Virus record (IMG/VR): IMGVR_UViG_3300048574_000462
Location: 32,662 to 96,661 of that record
DNA: 64,000 nt
Direction: 5' to 3' (one strand)
Source: a virus
Shown: positions 58,634-64,000 of the stretch, in pieces
Position numbering within the stretch: position 1 is the first letter of the stretch
Layout: each line of letters opens with the position of its first letter
Position numbers and translations under genes: made by a program
The notes under the pieces: model-generated
Told to the model about the DNA's origin: nothing
What the model saw: only the letters and a program-made list of their open reading frames with translations
The model's database searches: none

Positions 58634-58726
58634 TGGATTAACAGCACGAAGCCCTTTAGATACCGCTCTCAAGCGCCGGTGGCGCTCTATTTCTTTCCGC
58701 CCGGCTGGGCAGAAACGGAGGATAAG

Positions 58727-60454
58727 ATGGCGATTTCAGTAATTGGCGGTGCCAGCATTGACGAGCACGGCCGCGCTCATGGGGGAAAGGCCGGGGACCA
58801 GACCGGCCGCGAGGTCGGCAGGAGGTCCTGGTACAAACACCCGAAGAAATGGTTCGTGATCCGGCCGAACGACCCGAAGGACGCCGAGGTTATAGCCGCC
58901 ACCATGGAGGCGATCTGCGACAACGACAATATCGGGTACGACCAGTATCAGCGCAACACCCTGCTGAAGGCTGGCATGGAGGTTAGCTGGGATGTTGAGA
59001 GGATAACCTGGAAGGTGGAGTGCGACTGCTCCAAGGCGGTACAGTTCTGCTGCTTCGCCGCGGGCATTTCAGCCGGCGCCTGGAACGACGGCTTCCGTAC
59101 CGGCAACATGATCAAGACGCTGTTGTCTACCGGGCGGTTCACGAAGCTGGCGGAGGGCAAGTATGTCAACGCCTCCGCCAACCTGAAGCGCGGCGACATC
59201 CTCGTCACGCAGACTGCTGGCCATACGGTGGTGGTGCTGACGGACGGCGTCAACATCGCCCGCAGCCTGGGCGAGCGACCGTTGATGAAGGGCGCGTCGG
59301 GCGCGGATGTGGAGCAGCTGCAGACGGCGCTGAAAGCGCTCGGCTATGGCTGTCTGCTGGGTCGCTGGGGCGAGGACAAGGACGGCGTCGACGGCGACTA
59401 TGGAGATGCCACCGCCAAAGCTGTCAAAGCGTTCGAGCATGACCATGGGCTGTCGGAGGACGGCGTGGCCGATCCAGCCTGCATCAAGGCGATCCTCACG
59501 GCGGTGGCGGCCAAGAGCGAAGGGGCGCCTAGCACCGATGACGAGGACAGCCCGGACGACAGCGCGCCCGACGACACACCGGACGACGCCAACACGAGCA
59601 CGGGCACGAAGGCCATGCCCCCCTACATGTGCCAGTGGGCGATCGCCACAGCCAGTCTGAATGTGCGCACCGGCCCCGGCACCACATTCGCCAGGAAAAT
59701 CGCGCTGTACCCCGGCACCGGCCTCATGTACGATGGGGAGACCCGTGACGGCTGGCATGCAGTCCTTTACCGCGGCAAGCGCCACTGGGTCAGCTCCAAG
59801 TATTCCAGGCTGGAAACACGGGAGAAGTACATTCTGGACCTGTCGGTCTACGACGACGTGGGCGATTGGGCGACTGTCGCTCGATACGTGTCGTTCCTCT
59901 GGCTACGCGTCGCATGCCGCCGTAAGACGGCCTCTGGCGAGGTCTACATCGACGGCAAGTTCAAACAGAACGCCGCGGCTTGCGTGAAGTACGGCATTCC
60001 GTTCGGTGTGTACGTGTACGGCCGTGCGGCGACGGCAGCCGGCGGCGTGGAAGAAGCGCAGAAGGCGGTCGCCTGGGCGGAGCCATATGGCCCCACGGTC
60101 TACACCTACGACATTGAGGCGCCCACGCTGACCCACGCTTCCTGCGCCGCTTTCCTGGCCGAGGCAGCCCGCCTAACCGGTAAACCCGCGGGCATCTATG
60201 TGGGGCGTCACTGGAGTCAGGTCAACGCCGGGCAGCTGCAGCGCGCGTTTACCTGGTGCCCGTACTACCGGGACAACGGCGGCGGGACGCACGGCGACCG
60301 CAACCCCAGCCACGCGCACGATGCGCACCAGTACACCTGCTCGGGCCGTCTCCCCGGCAAGGCTGATGACACGGATGTCAGCCACATTAACACGGACCCG
60401 GCGACCAACGGCACCGGACACGACGCGCTGTGGTTCCGCTCGGGCGGAAAGTAG
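58727..60454 (+). CDS. Multidomain endolysin: Cys/His peptidase-like, PG-binding, SH3b and GH25
   Basis: GDQTG.EV, DCS, GHT; DGDYG..T..AV..F; LNVRTGPG; DLSVY...GIPFGVY.Y...YDIE...HQYT. Confidence 0.85.
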   Translation: MAISVIGGASIDEHGRAHGGKAGDQTGREVGRRSWYKHPKKWFVIRPNDPKDAEVIAATMEAICDNDNIGYDQYQRNTLLKAGMEVSWDVERITWKVECDCSKAVQFCCFAAGISAGAWNDGFRTGNMIKTLLSTGRFTKLAEGKYVNASANLKRGDILVTQTAGHTVVVLTDGVNIARSLGERPLMKGASGADVEQLQTALKALGYGCLLGRWGEDKDGVDGDYGDATAKAVKAFEHDHGLSEDGVADPACIKAILTAVAAKSEGAPSTDDEDSPDDSAPDDTPDDANTSTGTKAMPPYMCQWAIATASLNVRTGPGTTFARKIALYPGTGLMYDGETRDGWHAVLYRGKRHWVSSKYSRLETREKYILDLSVYDDVGDWATVARYVSFLWLRVACRRKTASGEVYIDGKFKQNAAACVKYGIPFGVYVYGRAATAAGGVEEAQKAVAWAEPYGPTVYTYDIEAPTLTHASCAAFLAEAARLTGKPAGIYVGRHWSQVNAGQLQRAFTWCPYYRDNGGGTHGDRNPSHAHDAHQYTCSGRLPGKADDTDVSHINTDPATNGTGHDALWFRSGGK

Positions 60455-60521
60455 GTAAATGGGCAGTGGGCTTTGGCGACGCTGGTTCGAGGTTTAGTAA
60501 AAACACACGGAGGTAATCTGA

Positions 60522-60956
60522 ATGAGAGACATTACGATCGACCTGGTCTGGACCAAGCTCCAGATCTTCGTTACCGCGCTGGGTGGATTTCTGGGCTGGT
60601 ATCTGGGCGGCAATGACGGACTGCTCATTACCCTGGTGGTATTGGCTTGCATCGATTACGTCACCGGCGTTATGTGCGCCATCTCTGACAGGACGCTGTC
60701 CAGTGCGGTCGGCTTCCGCGGCATTTTCCGGAAGATCCTGATTTTCGCGCTCGTCGGTATTGGGCACATCGTGGATGAGCAAGTGATCGGTACCGGCGGC
60801 GCGCTTCGTTCCGCGGTTATCTGCTTCTATCTATCGAATGAAGGCGTTTCGATCCTGGAGAATGCCGCGCATCTTGGACTACCGGTTCCGGACAAGCTCA
60901 AGACCGTTTTGGAACAACTCCATGACCGGGATGGACAGGATGCTGGTAAGGGGTAA
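60522..60956 (+). CDS. Phage holin (holin family 4)
   Basis: DYVTGV.CAI...LSS.VGFRGI.RK and NEGVSILENA..LGLPVP motifs. Confidence 0.92.
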   Translation: MRDITIDLVWTKLQIFVTALGGFLGWYLGGNDGLLITLVVLACIDYVTGVMCAISDRTLSSAVGFRGIFRKILIFALVGIGHIVDEQVIGTGGALRSAVICFYLSNEGVSILENAAHLGLPVPDKLKTVLEQLHDRDGQDAGKG

Positions 60957-61002
60957 GGTGGCTGTCCATTTTCAATGGCGGACATACTCGAGTTTTTCAC
61001 TA

Positions 61003-61045
61003 CCGCGATTCGGCTTTACGCCGGGTCGCGGCTTCTTGTATTTTT
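61003..61045 (+). terminator. Late operon terminator
   Basis: CCGCGATTCGGC-tttac-GCCGGGTCGCGG-CTTCTTGTATTTTT. Confidence 0.7.
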
Positions 61046-61054
61046 GGCAAAGGA

Positions 61055-61096
61055 TGTCCACATATTCGATCTTCCTGTCAGCAGGTAAGCAGAGGG
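61055..61096 (+). promoter_or_regulatory. Phage promoter motif copy 3
   Basis: TGTCCACA-N13-TGTCAGCAGGTAAGCAGAGGG. Confidence 0.7.
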
Positions 61097-61167
61097 AGCG
61101 ATTATCGCCCTCTATACCACACTGTATGAGGAGCATTGGCTGTTCCTCCTCGAACAGGAGAAATGTT

Positions 61168-61341
61168 ATGCGGACAGAAATGCAGATCGGAAAGACGCTC
61201 GTAATCGTCCATTCCGAGTTCAGTTCGGCGGCAACGGAAACGCTGGAAGCAAAGATTGAAGGCCTGTTGCTCCGGCACATAGACGCAGCAAAATCACTTG
61301 CTATTTCTGCGGAACAGAGCCAATATGGTCAGCAACCATAA
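61168..61341 (+). CDS. TnpW-like small protein, candidate recombination directionality factor
   Basis: AGGAG RBS; IGKT...V.S.F....TE.LE.KI..L; directly upstream of the recombinase. Confidence 0.6.
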   Translation: MRTEMQIGKTLVIVHSEFSSAATETLEAKIEGLLLRHIDAAKSLAISAEQSQYGQQP

Positions 61342-61353
61342 GGAGGTGCTTGA

Positions 61354-62976
<1,623 letters not shown>

Positions 62977-63011
62977 CAGCCTGTCCGAGAAAGGGCAGGC
63001 TGCTTCATTTT
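62977..63011 (+). terminator. Terminator after the integrase
   Basis: CAGCCTGTCC-gagaaa-GGGCAGGCTG-CTTCATTTT. Confidence 0.7.
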
Positions 63012-63200
63012 CTGCCCGACTGAAATGGTCAGGATATGTTCATTGTTGGGGACAGTAAAGTTAAGGGTGCCGAAAGTCGATTTCCCTCCTCGTCACCACA
63101 ATATATTGTTAACCGCTTGACAAAACGTGATTTTCGCACTAGAATAATGTGGATTTATAGAAACAAGGACAGTAGAGATTTTGAGGAAGGAGCTTTGAAG

Positions 63201-63505
63201 ATGCAGAAGTGGGAGTATGGGTTTCTTACATTCAAAAACCATATTGAGGAAAATGGACTGGGAGGGCGCAATTCGCAGGTACATTCAGTGGCTTTTTTTA
63301 AAGGGAACTCTATCGCAAGTGGCGATTACCTAATTGATATGCGACAACCTACAAAAGATGATTCATGGTACGAAACTGCATTTAACACTCTGGAAATATG
63401 GGATGGGAGTTGGTAACATTTGAGGTTGCATATTCGTCCGTCTCTCACCTCGATGGTGTGAATCAAAAGTTTCAAAAAATCATCTTCAAGCGTCCTGTTG
63501 AGTGA
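63201..63505 (+). pseudogene. DUF4177-like protein with a 1-base frameshift near 63391
   Basis: MQKWEY...FNTL continues in a shifted frame as GNMGWELV...IIFKRPVE*. Confidence 0.6.
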
Positions 63506-63576
63506 CTCTTCCTTTCCCCAATTGCTTTGATTGACTACAGATCACGTGGTTTGTTGAACCCGCGTCAAGAATAGAG

Positions 63577-64000
63577 GAACCTGTACCAACCGTCGATGAA
63601 CTTGTTGAAGACCGAGAATGTTGAGAGGGCTCTGAAACGCCTGTCTACGAAGTTCCAGTTTAGACCAATCGCCGTGCTCTGAAAATCCTGTTAGAACGGA
63701 TATCAGGATCGAAATGTGGCTGAAGCCTTTGCTCTGACGGAGACTACACTCTGCTTCCAAAATCCTGCTACTTTCCGCGTAATGCATGTGGCGGCAATGG
63801 GGATCGACACGGAGGGTCGGAAGCGGATTCTGGGGATTGTTGAGGGAGGCTCGGAGAACAGCGAAATCGTAAAGGCGCTGCTGGCTTACCTGATCGAGCG
63901 GGGCCTGGACGCCTCCGAACCCCAGCTGTACATCCTGGATGGCGGGAAGGCGCTTCATAAGGCGGTGAAGGAAGTGTTCGGAAAGAAGGCCGTCATCTAG
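63577..64000. mobile_element. Degenerate, internally rearranged IS256 relative
   Basis: Decayed TIR at 63577 (20/28 match to the 7377 TIR); transposase C-terminus on the minus strand (EAECSLRQSKGF...GDWSKL); middle part on the plus strand ending in TAG where Q is expected. Confidence 0.75.

Noticed and set aside
63030-63075. attR of prophage 2, or an FIVGD helicase-motif mimic
   Set aside because: The position is plausible, but there is no shared core with 6020-6050 and no GISGT or helicase continuation, so I cannot support it.

Overview
The window comes from a high-GC Firmicutes (Clostridia-like) genome and holds two temperate siphophage regions back to back. (1) 1-6032 is the right end of prophage 1: tail genes, holin, endolysin and a serine recombinase cluster whose last recombinase is cut at its YTDE|GISGT motif by what looks like an att junction. 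(2) ~6030-14800 is an AT-richer defence/modification cargo block on the minus strand: XRE, type III R-M mod and res, an hsdR remnant, tcmP split by an IS256 with a 9-bp target duplication, and DUF5131. (3) ~14960-63010 is an apparently complete prophage 2: ImmA-HTH regulator, sigma-like activator, DUF2800/DUF2815/PolA/VapE/SNF2 replication genes, a cos-like site, HK97-type head, long tail, multidomain endolysin, holin and a TndX-like recombinase. (4) Decayed flanking DNA follows. The most unusual part is 29.5-36.5 kb, around the cos-like site. It has an array of eight 42-bp palindromic repeats abutting cos, and an inward-facing amidoligase/GGCT operon punctuated by two type I hammerhead ribozymes. 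It also has a strand-polarised GATTTSAAAS motif cluster and a second, diverged small-terminase paralogue. All protein calls rest on motif recognition and synteny by eye; no searches were run.
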